Source of the DNA: an uncultured Flavonifractor sp. | Lineage (GTDB): Bacteria > Bacillota > Clostridia > Oscillospirales > Oscillospiraceae | Assembly: GCA_944385625.1 (NCBI GenBank) | Contig: CALWXZ010000001.1 | Span: 28,130-92,129 of the forward strand | Direction: 5' to 3' | Length of the DNA stretch: 64,000 bases | Shown: positions 1 to 9,478 of the stretch, piece by piece | How the letters are laid out: each line of letters begins with the position of its first letter | Numbering within the stretch: position 1 is the stretch's first letter | The notes under the pieces: generated by a model | Database searches by the model: none | What the model was told of the DNA's origin: nothing | What the model saw: the letters and a program-made list of their open reading frames with translations, nothing else | Made by a program: the position numbers and the translations under genes

Positions 1-1293
1 TTTCCGCATCATGTCCAGGTCCTCCTCATAGGAGAACCCCTCCTGGGTACCCTGCATCAAAAACTGCTGGATGCCGTCGATCTTGCTCAGGGCGTAGTCC
101 AATTTGGGGTTGGTCCCCGCCTTGTACGCACCAATGGACACCAGGTCCAGATTCTTCTCATAAATCCCCATCACGTCCCGAATACGGGCCGCCATTTTCC
201 GGTGCTCCGGGGAGACAATATCCGTCATCAGACGGGAGATACTGGCCCCCACGTCAATGGCGGGGAAATGGTTGCTGTTGGCCAGGCGCCGGGACAGAAC
301 GATGTGTCCGTCCAGAATGCCTCGAACCGTGTCGGCGATGGGCTCGTTGGTGTCGTCCCCCTCCACCAGCACGGTGTACACCCCGGTGATGGAGCCCTTC
401 TGGAAGTTTCCGCTGCGCTCCAGCAGCTTGGGAAGCTCGGCGTAGATGGAAGGGGTATAGCCCCGGGCCACCGGCGGCTCGCCCACCGCCAGGCCGATTT
501 CGCGCTGGGCCATGGCGAAACGGGTGAGGGAGTCCATCATCAGCAGCACATCGTACCCCTGATCCCGGAAGTATTCCGCCACGCCGGTGGCCACCGAGGG
601 ACAGCGCTTACGCAGCATGGCAGGCTGGTCTGATGTTGCTACAACCAGGACTGAACGGCTCATGCCCTCCGGTCCCAGGTCCTTCTCCATAAACTCCAGC
701 ACCTCACGGCCACGCTCGCCCACCAGGGCGATCACGTTGATATCCGCCTTGACGTGCTTGGCGATCATGCCCATCAGGGTACTTTTTCCTACGCCGGAGC
801 CGGCGAAGATGCCAATTCTCTGTCCCTTGCCCACGGTGAGCATACCGTCGATGGCTTTCACCCCGAACTCCAGCCGCTCCCGGATGGGGGGCCGGGCCAT
901 GGGGTTGATGTAGTTGGCGCCATCCACACAGAAGGGCGTGCCCCCGTGGAAGGGGCCCTTGCCGTCGATGGGCTGTCCCAGGGCGTTGATGACCCGCCCC
1001 TTGAGGAAGGGTCCCATGTTCAGGCTCAGCCGCCGGCCGGTGTTGCGCACAAAGTTGCCCGCCGAGATGCCGCTCATGTCCGAGTAGGGCATAAGCAGGA
1101 TGCGGTCGTTTTTAAAACCCACCACCTCGGCCATAACCTGGCCGCCCGACTCCCCGTTATAGATCCGGCAGATGTCGCCCACGGCGGCCCGGCCGCCGGA
1201 GGCCTCAATGGACATACCCACGATATTTTCAATTTTTCCCGTGTAGCTGACGGTTTCCGCCGTCTGCACACGCTGTATCAGCTCTTCAAACAA
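1..1293 (-). CDS. fliI: Flagellar export ATPase FliI (3' end runs off the window)
   Basis: Manual minus-strand translation from TTG at 1293: MFEELIQRVQTAETVSYTGKIENIVGMSIEASGG..., Walker A GQRIGIFAGSGVGKS; directly after fliH. Absent from the ORF track because it is truncated. Confidence 0.93.
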   Translation of the reverse strand, partial: MFEELIQRVQTAETVSYTGKIENIVGMSIEASGGRAAVGDICRIYNGESGGQVMAEVVGFKNDRILLMPYSDMSGISAGNFVRNTGRRLSLNMGPFLKGRVINALGQPIDGKGPFHGGTPFCVDGANYINPMARPPIRERLEFGVKAIDGMLTVGKGQRIGIFAGSGVGKSTLMGMIAKHVKADINVIALVGERGREVLEFMEKDLGPEGMSRSVLVVATSDQPAMLRKRCPSVATGVAEYFRDQGYDVLLMMDSLTRFAMAQREIGLAVGEPPVARGYTPSIYAELPKLLERSGNFQKGSITGVYTVLVEGDDTNEPIADTVRGILDGHIVLSRRLANSNHFPAIDVGASISRLMTDIVSPEHRKMAARIRDVMGIYEKNLDLVSIGAYKAGTNPKLDYALSKIDGIQQFLMQGTQEGFSYEEDLDMMRK

Positions 1294-1306
1294 AGCCTGT
1301 CTCCTC

Positions 1307-2116
1307 TTATCCGCCCCGCAGAATATCCTTCAGATTGTCCAGCTGGGTGGAGGCGCTGGCGTCGATGATCTCGTCTGGCATCTCAATGATGCAGGTGCCC
1401 GACTCGTCGTCGGCCATTGGGATGAGCTTGATGTTGTCGGACAAGCCGGCCAGGGAGGCGGTGAGCTCCGGGGCAATCTGGGCCAGCTCCCGGCTGTCGC
1501 AGCCCCCGATGTAGATGCGGACCCACTCCCGCCGCCGCAGCCGCTCAGTGGCCATCTGCACCATGCGTAAAATGACCTCCCGGCTGCTCTTCAGGCTGAT
1601 GTGAATCACCTTTTCCGCCACCGCGATACTCAGGTCGCACAGCTCGTCCCGGGTCTGAGTCAGAAGATCCTCCTTGGCCTGGGTGGCCTGATCCAAAAAG
1701 TGTTTTACCTCATCGGCCTGCTGCTGCCGCTGCTCCTCCAATTTTGCCTGGCTCTCTATCCGGGCCTTGGTCATACCGTCCGTATATCCCTGGCGGTAAC
1801 CCTCCTCCCGGGCCTCCTCCCGCAGGCGCTGGGCCTGCTCCTCGGCCTGCTGGCGATACTGCTCCAGCAGCAACTCACCCTCCCGTTTGGCCTGGGCCAT
1901 GATGGCATCCGCCTGGACCCGGGCATAGGAGAACATGGCCGCCGCTCCCTGTCCCGGGTCAGGTCCGGGCTGCTCCGTATCCTCCCGGACCGGCTCGGCC
2001 TCCTCCGGGGGTTCAGGCTCGGGAGGGGGCTCGGGCTCCACCACAATCTCGTCCACCTGGGGAAACTGAAACTTCTCCACCTGGGGCCGAAGAAAATGTT
2101 TAAAGATATTAGGCAA
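1307..2116 (-). CDS. fliH: Flagellar assembly protein FliH
   Basis: A-x3-G(x3G) repeats (AREEGYRQGYTDG), C-terminal GTCIIEMPDEIIDASASTQL; lies between fliG and fliI. Confidence 0.88.
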   Translation of the reverse strand: MPNIFKHFLRPQVEKFQFPQVDEIVVEPEPPPEPEPPEEAEPVREDTEQPGPDPGQGAAAMFSYARVQADAIMAQAKREGELLLEQYRQQAEEQAQRLREEAREEGYRQGYTDGMTKARIESQAKLEEQRQQQADEVKHFLDQATQAKEDLLTQTRDELCDLSIAVAEKVIHISLKSSREVILRMVQMATERLRRREWVRIYIGGCDSRELAQIAPELTASLAGLSDNIKLIPMADDESGTCIIEMPDEIIDASASTQLDNLKDILRGG

Positions 2117-3179
2117 TGATATCGTCCTTTCCTCCCTTGAGGATAATCAGCTCGTTCTTCTCCTCCAAATCGCGGATCACGCCCACAATGCGCTGCTGGG
2201 CGGCCTCCACGTCCCGGATCCGCACGTTGACCGTGACCTCCAGGTCGTCCCGGATGCTCTGGGCCATACGGGCGGAGACATTGGTGAAGATCTTGTTGGC
2301 CACCTCGCTGTTGGCGCCCTTGAGGGCCAGCACCAGATCCTTGGGATCGCAGTCCCGGATGAAGCGCTGCACGGAGCGGTCGTCCATGGTGACAATATCC
2401 TCGAAGACGAACATCCGCTTGCGGATCTCGTCGGCCAACTCGGAGTTGTGGGTGGACAGGCGGTCGAAGATGCTCTTCTCGCTGGCCCGGTCCAGATTGT
2501 TCATCACGTCGGCCACGAAGTCCACACCGCCCACCTTCACGTTGTTGGTGGTCATGATGTTGGAGAAGCGCTTCTCCATCTCCGCCTCAATGGCCTTCAC
2601 CGCTGTGGGAGAGGCGCTCTCCATGTTGGCGATGTTCTCCACCACCTTCACCTGGCGCTCCGGGTCCAGCTCGTCAATAACGGCCGCCGATTTTTCCGGG
2701 TCCACATAGGACAGCACCAGGGCGATGGTCTGGGGCCGCTCATGCTGCAGAGCGGCGTACAGGGATTTCTCGTCCGCCTTGTTCAGGAAGGAAAACTCCC
2801 GGTTCTTCAGGGACTTGGTCACCTTTTCCAGCAGCATACTTGCTGTCTGACTTCCAAAGGCCCGCTCCAGGACGGCCCGGGCATACTCCAGTCCGCCCTC
2901 GGTCACCGCCTTGTTGGTCATGCACATCTGGTAGTACTCGTTGAGCACGTCCTCGGTGGTGGCCGCGTCCACATAGCCCAGCTTGGCAACCTCCAGGGTG
3001 ATCTGTTCTACGTCCTCCGGGTCCATGTACTGGTAGAGCTGGGAGGCCTTCTCGGTTCCCAGGGAAATAATCACCGCCGCCGCCTTCTGTTGGCGGGTCA
3101 GTTCCTTTTTCGGCTGGGTTGATACCGGTTTTGCCGGGGCGGCTGTGCCCTGAGCCGGAGGCGCTGCTATTTCACTCAT
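2109..3179 (-). CDS. fliG: Flagellar motor switch protein FliG
   Basis: QKAAAVIISLG, EHPQ-like ERPQTIALVLSY, GGVDFVADVMN, MFVFEDI motifs; ATG at 3179 overlaps the fliF stop. Confidence 0.95.
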   Translation of the reverse strand: MSEIAAPPAQGTAAPAKPVSTQPKKELTRQQKAAAVIISLGTEKASQLYQYMDPEDVEQITLEVAKLGYVDAATTEDVLNEYYQMCMTNKAVTEGGLEYARAVLERAFGSQTASMLLEKVTKSLKNREFSFLNKADEKSLYAALQHERPQTIALVLSYVDPEKSAAVIDELDPERQVKVVENIANMESASPTAVKAIEAEMEKRFSNIMTTNNVKVGGVDFVADVMNNLDRASEKSIFDRLSTHNSELADEIRKRMFVFEDIVTMDDRSVQRFIRDCDPKDLVLALKGANSEVANKIFTNVSARMAQSIRDDLEVTVNVRIRDVEAAQQRIVGVIRDLEEKNELIILKGGKDDIIA

Positions 3180-4783
3180 TTTGTACCTTCCCCTTCCCGC
3201 AGCCAATTCTTCACCATCTGGGCCGCGATCTCAGGATTATCCTCGGCAAACTTCCGCACATCCTGCCGCAGCTCCATACTTTTCTCGGTCTGCAGCTCCA
3301 TAATATCGGGCTTTGCCTCGGGGGCGGCGGCCACCGCCTGCAGTGCGCCTGCGCCCTCAGCCATCGCCTCTTCTTCCGCCTTCTTGCGGCGCTTCTTGGC
3401 GCGGACGCGGAAGAGCAGCAGGATCACCAACAGCAACACCAGGAACAGTACGCCGCCGCCAATGGCCGCGTAGATGGCCCAGCCTGGCAGCTGCATCGTC
3501 GTGTCAGCGGGGGCCTCGCTCTCAGGCTGATAGAAGGGCGCCACCAGGATGGAGATCTTCTGCTGCTGATCCGCTTGGGAGATACCCGCGGCCCGGCCCA
3601 CATGGTCATAGAGATCGGCGGTGTTGGTGCTGCCCGCCGCGTTCTGGTTGATGGTCACCGAAACCATCACATCGCTGATGTACCCGGCCACGTGCTCCAC
3701 CTGCTGCTTCTGGGTGTCCACCAGGTGGTCCTCCTGACCGGAACTGGTGATGGCCTGCTCGTCGCCGTTGGGCTGCAGTTGGTTCTCAACATATGTATTC
3801 AGATCGGCGTTGGTGGTGGTACCCGCCGCGCCTCCGGTGGTCTGATTGTCCCCCCGGACGATCTCATTATCCCAGATCCGGGAGCCGATGATACCGTCGT
3901 CGTTGCCCTGGGCCCAGTCCTCCAGGCTATAGTCGGTGGAGTCGGTGGTGGTGCGGTCCACATCCACCACGGTGTTTACGCTGACCTGGACGTTGTCCTC
4001 CCCGAAGATGGGGGTCAGGGCCTGCATGACCCGGGTGCGGATGCTGTTGTTGCACTGCTCCTCCAGCTTCAGCTTCAGGGCGGAGGCATCCTGCAGGTCG
4101 GTAAAGTCATCCCCGGCGGAGTAGCTATTGCCGTAGGTGTCGCCGATCGTTACATTCTCCACGTTCAGCCCCGCCATACCGCTGCTGACCAGGTTGCGGA
4201 TGGCCTTCACCTGGCTGTCGGTGAGGGTCTTGCCGCTCTCCATGGTCACCGTCACCGAGGCGGTGGCGTCCACCTTGTTGCTGCTGTCCAGCACATAGGT
4301 GTGATCCTCGCCCGGTGTGAGAAGCACCGCCGCATCCTTGACCCCGTCAAAGTTCCGGATAACGGCCTGCATACGGTCCTGAAGCGCATAGAGAACCAAC
4401 TGGTTGCGCTCCGACTCGGTGGTCAGGCTGCCCACATGGTCAAAATAGGTGTCGTAACCATAACCGGAGGAGGGATACCCCGCCTGGAGCACCTGGGCCT
4501 TCAGCGCGGCCTCCTGGCTTTCGGGCACCAGAATGGTGTCGTCCTCTACTTTATATTGTGTAATTCCATTGTCAGACAGATAGGTCAAAATGGCGGACAT
4601 ATCCGTCTGGCTCAAGTCGGCAAACAGCGTAGCATAGGGCTGATTGCTCACCACGGCAAGCACGATGGCCAGCGCAACCACCACTGCCAGTATCCCAATC
4701 CCAAAAAGAATTTTCACCTTTCGGGAGATGGATGCCAACCGCTGCTTGGCCGCAGCGGCGATCTTCTTTACTTTCTCGCCCAT
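3176..4783 (-). CDS. fliF: Flagellar M-ring protein FliF
   Basis: N-terminal TM helix, YATLFADLS, ring domain, second TM helix, C-terminal NPEIAAQMVKNWL. Confidence 0.93.
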   Translation of the reverse strand: MGEKVKKIAAAAKQRLASISRKVKILFGIGILAVVVALAIVLAVVSNQPYATLFADLSQTDMSAILTYLSDNGITQYKVEDDTILVPESQEAALKAQVLQAGYPSSGYGYDTYFDHVGSLTTESERNQLVLYALQDRMQAVIRNFDGVKDAAVLLTPGEDHTYVLDSSNKVDATASVTVTMESGKTLTDSQVKAIRNLVSSGMAGLNVENVTIGDTYGNSYSAGDDFTDLQDASALKLKLEEQCNNSIRTRVMQALTPIFGEDNVQVSVNTVVDVDRTTTDSTDYSLEDWAQGNDDGIIGSRIWDNEIVRGDNQTTGGAAGTTTNADLNTYVENQLQPNGDEQAITSSGQEDHLVDTQKQQVEHVAGYISDVMVSVTINQNAAGSTNTADLYDHVGRAAGISQADQQQKISILVAPFYQPESEAPADTTMQLPGWAIYAAIGGGVLFLVLLLVILLLFRVRAKKRRKKAEEEAMAEGAGALQAVAAAPEAKPDIMELQTEKSMELRQDVRKFAEDNPEIAAQMVKNWLREGEGTK

Positions 4784-4817
4784 AGTAACTCCCTCGGATC
4801 AGGTATCTTTTCTTGCT

Positions 4818-5129
4818 TTACAGGCTGATCCGCATTAACTCGCTGTACGCATCCAAAGCCCGGTCACGCATCTGGACCAGCAGCTCGGTGGCCAGGGAGG
4901 CCTGAGTGGCCGCAATGGTAGCCTCGGCCGGGTTATCCAGCTGACCGGTGGCCAGGGCGTAGTAGGCCTGGTTCTTGGCCGCGTCGGTCTGCTTCACATT
5001 GTCGATCATCGACTGAAAAATCTGTGAAAACATCGAAGGCCCCGAATTACCTACGCCGACACTGGCCGCTGCGGAAGAGGCTGCGGCCGAAATCGACTGG
5101 ATCGGAGCGATCGTCTGAATATTCGCCAT
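4818..5129 (-). CDS. fliE: Hook-basal body protein FliE
   Basis: 103 aa, C-terminal VQMRDRALDAYSELMRISL. Confidence 0.92.
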   Translation of the reverse strand: MANIQTIAPIQSISAAASSAAASVGVGNSGPSMFSQIFQSMIDNVKQTDAAKNQAYYALATGQLDNPAEATIAATQASLATELLVQMRDRALDAYSELMRISL

Positions 5130-5191
5130 ATTTTGTTCTTCCTTTCCCTGTCTGCCCTGCCGGAAGCCGGGAGCAGCTTTCTTGCTTACAA

Positions 5192-5638
5192 TTACTTGCC
5201 GATCTCCAGTCCCTTGGCCGCCACCTGCTTGAGTACATTAAAGGCGGTAACATTGGCGGAATAGGCCTGGGAAGCGGCCATCGCATCGGCAATTTCTTTT
5301 ACCAGGTCCACATTGGGCATCTCCACATAGCCGTCGGCGTTGGCGTCGGGATTTGTGGGATCATAGACCAGCTTGAAGTCGGAGGGGTCCTCCGCAATTT
5401 CAGTCACCTGCACACCGCCCTGGGTGGCAACAGCCTCCCCCCGGGCCCGGGCCAGGGCCTGCTGGAACGGGGTCTGGCCGCCCTGGGACTCCAGTACCAC
5501 AAACTTCCGGCGGTAGGGACCCCCTGCCTCGGTACGGGTGGTGTTCTGATTGGTGATATTTTCAGAGATCACATCCAGGCGCAGCTGCTGGGCGGTCAGG
5601 CCGGAGCCCACCACGTTCATCGAACTCAAAAATGCCAT
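5192..5638 (-). CDS. flgC: Basal body rod protein FlgC
   Basis: RLDVISENITN, YDPTNPDANADGYVEMPNVD, AYSANV motifs. Confidence 0.95.
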   Translation of the reverse strand: MAFLSSMNVVGSGLTAQQLRLDVISENITNQNTTRTEAGGPYRRKFVVLESQGGQTPFQQALARARGEAVATQGGVQVTEIAEDPSDFKLVYDPTNPDANADGYVEMPNVDLVKEIADAMAASQAYSANVTAFNVLKQVAAKGLEIGK

Positions 5639-5651
5639 AACTTACGTCCCC

Positions 5652-6035
5652 TTATCCTTTGATCGCCGTACGCAACAAAGAGAAGTCACTGCTGATGGCA
5701 TCCATCACATACTGCATTTGGTAGCCGTTTCGTGCCAACTCCACCATCTGCTCGGTGATGTTCACGCCATTTCCATCCAACCGGGTGCTCTCTTCCGCCT
5801 CATGGGTCTGTACCGGCGTATTCTCTATGGCACTTCGGATCTCCTTTGTCGAACCGCCCTGCCCGGACGCCGACTGGATGGCTTGTCGCAATGACTCCTC
5901 AAAGGTAGCGTATTTGGTTTGATATCCCGGGGTCTCTGCATTGGAGATGTTATCTAAAATGCAGCTTTGTTTTGTCCATAAAAAGCCCATTGATCTTTGT
6001 AGCATCAATGCTGCGTTACTTGACAGAAAATCCAT
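5652..6035 (-). CDS. flgB: Basal body rod protein FlgB
   Basis: NISNAETPGY, RLDGNGVNITEQM motifs; first gene of the operon. Confidence 0.93.
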   Translation of the reverse strand: MDFLSSNAALMLQRSMGFLWTKQSCILDNISNAETPGYQTKYATFEESLRQAIQSASGQGGSTKEIRSAIENTPVQTHEAEESTRLDGNGVNITEQMVELARNGYQMQYVMDAISSDFSLLRTAIKG

Positions 6036-6165
6036 TTTTCTCAGCCTCCCTGTGTCAAGCCGCGAAAGTTTAAATTTCCTTAAATTCTACTTCAGCAAAG
6101 TCTTTCATACTATTTAGATTTTGTAAACTCTTTTTTAAAAACCTAACTTATTCTTAATTTTCTTC

Positions 6166-6194
6166 ATTGTAATACAGTCGTGTTATTTTTTCAA
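6166..6194 (-). promoter_or_regulatory. SigmaA-type promoter of the flgB operon
   Basis: Minus strand TTGAAA-N17-TACAAT about 130 nt upstream of flgB. Confidence 0.7.
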
Positions 6195-6590
6195 GTACGC
6201 AATTATCAATCGTTAAAAAAATATATTTTCCAAAAATTTTCGTGTTTTTCGTCATTTTATATGAATTTTAGCTTTATTTAAGTTTCCTATCTATTTCTGA
6301 TTTTCCTAACATTTACATGGAATTTATTTCTTTTTATGGTATGCCGTTTTTCCTGATTTCATGACGGCAAGCGGCACACCATATTTTTTCTATATCTTAG
6401 CAAATTTTTTATGCAAAATGTTTTAGTTCTATGTAAAAATTCTCAAATATTTGTGCATATATTTTCAGCTTCTATGCAATTATATTTTTATTTCCTTTTT
6501 TACCTATTTTTTCTATGGGAATTGTATTGGAGTTGCTTGCCGGATTGGGGCACTGGATTCCGTCTTTTCCACATGGACATGGAGGCCCGC

Positions 6591-6624
6591 AAAAAAATGG
6601 CCGGCAGTTCAAATCCGCCGGCCA
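6591..6624 (-). terminator. Intrinsic terminator after cheY
   Basis: GGCCGGC/GCCGGCC stem followed by T7 on the minus strand. Confidence 0.75.
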
Positions 6625-6678
6625 ACATCGATCTGAATTTTTCAGCCGGGCAGATTGTTTTTCGTCCCGGTTTCCTCG

Positions 6679-7062
6679 TTAAGCATTGGCGGAAGGAGCG
6701 TCCTCAAAGGCCTTCTCCACAGACGTAAGAATCTGGTCGCGATCAAAAGGCTTATATACAAATCCCTTGGCACCGATCTTGCTTGCCTCATTGATGGTGT
6801 CGTCGTAGGCCAGGGAAGAGACCATCAGCACCCTGGCGTTGGGATGGTCCTTTAGCAGCAGCCGGGCCGTGTCCAGCCCGTCCATCCCCGGCATCACAAT
6901 ATCCATCGTCACCAGATCGGGTTGGATCTGATCGTACTTTTTGATGGCCTCCTCCCCGCTTTGACAGCAGGAAACCACCTCATACTCTGTTCCGGCCAAG
7001 ATCTCCTGCAGCTGAAGCTGCGCAATTCTGGAGTCATCGACCACCATGATTTTCTTTGCCAT
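6679..7062 (-). CDS. cheY: Chemotaxis response regulator CheY
   Basis: Single REC domain KKIMVVDDS...VTMDIVMP...VYKPF; ATG at 7062 with RBS AAAGGAG. Confidence 0.85.
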   Translation of the reverse strand: MAKKIMVVDDSRIAQLQLQEILAGTEYEVVSCCQSGEEAIKKYDQIQPDLVTMDIVMPGMDGLDTARLLLKDHPNARVLMVSSLAYDDTINEASKIGAKGFVYKPFDRDQILTSVEKAFEDAPSANA

Positions 7063-7167
7063 ATTGTTCGCTCCTTTTCTAAACTTCCATTGTGAATCTT
7101 GTGCCGGGTCCCGCACAGTTGAATTGAGCCGCAGCGTGGCTCCAAAGGCCGGAATCATCTGAATTCT

Positions 7168-7656
7168 CTACGCGGGCTGGGACTGGTCGGGAATAAATGG
7201 TCCCATGCAGATCAGATGAACTCTTCCGTGGCTTCCGCTGTCATAGTTCAGCACACACTGACAGGGCACCTCCTCTTCCGGCAGGTAGCGACCCGTGCGA
7301 AAACTGGGGATCTGGAATCGGGATGTGACGCGGGCAATCTGAAACAACCCGGCCACCACTTGGCCGCAAATGATATTCAAATACTCTTTGGCCACGTCCT
7401 CCACATCCTGCAGTGTAACCTTGGGACTGTGCAAAATATTCTGCGCCAGCCGGGTCAGCAGGGCGGTGTCGGCATACAGGAGCAGGGCGGCGCGGTGATT
7501 GCCCTCCAACATGGTATGCACTGTACAGATATCATCGGAAAGCTCCACATTCTGCTCAACCAGCTGAATTCCCGCAAAGCGATTGGTGGTATCCTGGATT
7601 GAGTGATTCAGAACATCTTTCAGCTTCTGGTGAATAAACTCCTTCAAAGTATGCAC
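7168..7656 (-). CDS. cheX: CheX-family CheY-P phosphatase
   Basis: E-x2-N...P catalytic motif (EYLNIICG...FQIP); GTG start at 7656; next to cheY. Confidence 0.75.
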   Translation of the reverse strand: MHTLKEFIHQKLKDVLNHSIQDTTNRFAGIQLVEQNVELSDDICTVHTMLEGNHRAALLLYADTALLTRLAQNILHSPKVTLQDVEDVAKEYLNIICGQVVAGLFQIARVTSRFQIPSFRTGRYLPEEEVPCQCVLNYDSGSHGRVHLICMGPFIPDQSQPA

Positions 7657-7673
7657 CCTCCTCTCCTCCGATG

Positions 7674-9317
7674 CTACTGCCTTTCCAAAAAACCGTTGGC
7701 AAACCGGATCACGCAGCCCCGCTCCTCTTTCACCACCCGGTAGGATTTGTGGTCCATGGAGACTGTGGTGCCGGGGTATGCGGTATCGCAGCACAGCTGG
7801 CGCTGGTCGCAGGCAATGCAGGCCTCGGCCTGCTCCTCCAGTTCCTTATCGATCTTTTCCAGCTTCATCTTGGCCACACACTGTCTCAGACGAAGCTTGG
7901 ACTTTTTCTGTTCGCAGGCGTCCGATGTTCCCTGGCGCGCCAGCTGGCTCATCTCTTCTTCCATGCCCTGAATCTCCGCAAGGATCTGTGCCCGCTCCGC
8001 CCCCTCACAGGGCTTGCCCCCCAGTATAATCAGGGTGGTGCGCTCCGCCTTGGAGCCCACCGTGGCGGCAGACACCTCCCGGGCCGCCCGGATGGTTCCG
8101 CCGATGATGACGCCCCGGCCGGTGCGCACCCGCACGTCCCCGTTGCTGTACACCTCGCAATTGATGATACAGTCGGCCTGGACGCTCTCCTGGGCATACA
8201 CGCCGCAGTTCTCCAAATACTTTGCATAGATGCTCTTCTGCGCCCGCAGCACCGCCCGGCCCTGTCCCTGCACGCCGCTGGAGACGATGATGTTCTCCCC
8301 CGCCTCCACGGTACATACCTCCACCGCGCCGTCGATCTGCACATTACCGATGGCACAGATGGTTGCTCCGCTGCACAGGTCGCCGTGGATGTGGACGTCG
8401 CCCAAATACTTGATGCTTCGCTGGCAGGCGTCGCTGGTTTCATACAGATCCAGCACCGGCCGCACCTGAAAACTGCGGCCTGAGAAGCACAGATGGCCGT
8501 CCCGCTCCGCCACCAGACAGGTCCCGTCTTTCGACAGACAGGTATTGCGGCCCTGGGGCACCTCGGCCTGTCTGCCTTGGGATGCAGGAATCCTTTTTCC
8601 TGTCACCGTGCGGCCGGACACGCCCCCCGTGGGAGGGATGATCTCGCAGATGACGTCGCCCTTCCGGATATCCCGTACCAGGTTCAAAGTCTCATAGTTT
8701 GCTTGGTCCAGCTCATCCACCTGGACCGGCTCCTCCAGCACCCGGCGATAGCGGTCATAGATCTGGCCGTCCCGCCCCGGCGCCGGCGCCTTTCCGATGG
8801 CAATGGGAAACAGATAAAAATAGCGGTGGGCGCAGTCCGACATCCCGCAGATCAGATTCCAGTCAAGTCCATAGGTTACGCCCCGCTGAAGCAGCGCCTG
8901 ATGAATCTGGGAGGCGCTGAGTGTCTTCCCCGCTCCAATGGGGGGGAGCAGCACCAACCAGGCGATCATCTCATCACCGGAGAGAAAGACAACCGCCATC
9001 TCATTCTCCGAGGCATGGGCTAAAATCTGCTGGATGCGCACCCTGGCGATGTGGGTCAGCGTCGCCCGAATCCGTCCGCTCTCGCTGGCCACTCTTTCCG
9101 CCGGAACAGGCGGCCCATCCCGCCCCTCCGGCAGAAGGCTCAGCCGCAGGCTCTGTCCCAAAGCCTCCTGACCGGCCCAAAGTGTCCACAACTTACACAA
9201 ATCATGCTCTGGGGGAAATACAATCTCATACTCAGGCCCTTGAGATGCGATTTCCCCGGAATCCTGCACGAAGTTACCGGCAGAAGAATGAAGCTCCAGG
9301 TTATCCTTCCCCTTCAT
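7674..9317 (-). CDS. FapA/DUF342 family flagellar-associated protein
   Basis: GVTYGLD, IAIGKAPAPGRDG, GRTVTG, beta-helix GDVHIHGD/GNVQIDG repeats, GVIIGG, coiled-coil tail. Confidence 0.85.
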   Translation of the reverse strand: MKGKDNLELHSSAGNFVQDSGEIASQGPEYEIVFPPEHDLCKLWTLWAGQEALGQSLRLSLLPEGRDGPPVPAERVASESGRIRATLTHIARVRIQQILAHASENEMAVVFLSGDEMIAWLVLLPPIGAGKTLSASQIHQALLQRGVTYGLDWNLICGMSDCAHRYFYLFPIAIGKAPAPGRDGQIYDRYRRVLEEPVQVDELDQANYETLNLVRDIRKGDVICEIIPPTGGVSGRTVTGKRIPASQGRQAEVPQGRNTCLSKDGTCLVAERDGHLCFSGRSFQVRPVLDLYETSDACQRSIKYLGDVHIHGDLCSGATICAIGNVQIDGAVEVCTVEAGENIIVSSGVQGQGRAVLRAQKSIYAKYLENCGVYAQESVQADCIINCEVYSNGDVRVRTGRGVIIGGTIRAAREVSAATVGSKAERTTLIILGGKPCEGAERAQILAEIQGMEEEMSQLARQGTSDACEQKKSKLRLRQCVAKMKLEKIDKELEEQAEACIACDQRQLCCDTAYPGTTVSMDHKSYRVVKEERGCVIRFANGFLERQ

Positions 9318-9478
9318 CTGCCGCTCGCCTCCTTTTACTGCTGTAGTTACGAAACCCTCCTAAAATATCCTATCGCCAGCATGGACATCTGACTTTGGCG
9401 AAGCAGTCCATGCCGCATCTTACACTCAAATTGGCGTCATTGCCTGGTTTAGGCAATGCAGTTCTCCGTTTATTATTT

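Noticed and set aside
6036-6560. C. difficile-style c-di-GMP riboswitch or invertible flagellar switch upstream of flgB
   Set aside because: No GEMM-I (GGCAAA...GAAA...GACGCAAAG) or c-di-GMP-II motif was found, no long inverted repeats flank a segment, and no recombinase is in the window. An Infernal scan would be decisive.
9425-9470. Resemblance of the fapA leader (GGAGAAC...AAUGACGCC) to a fluoride riboswitch
   Set aside because: Only scattered bases match, the crcB pseudoknot pairing cannot form, and the downstream genes are unrelated to fluoride
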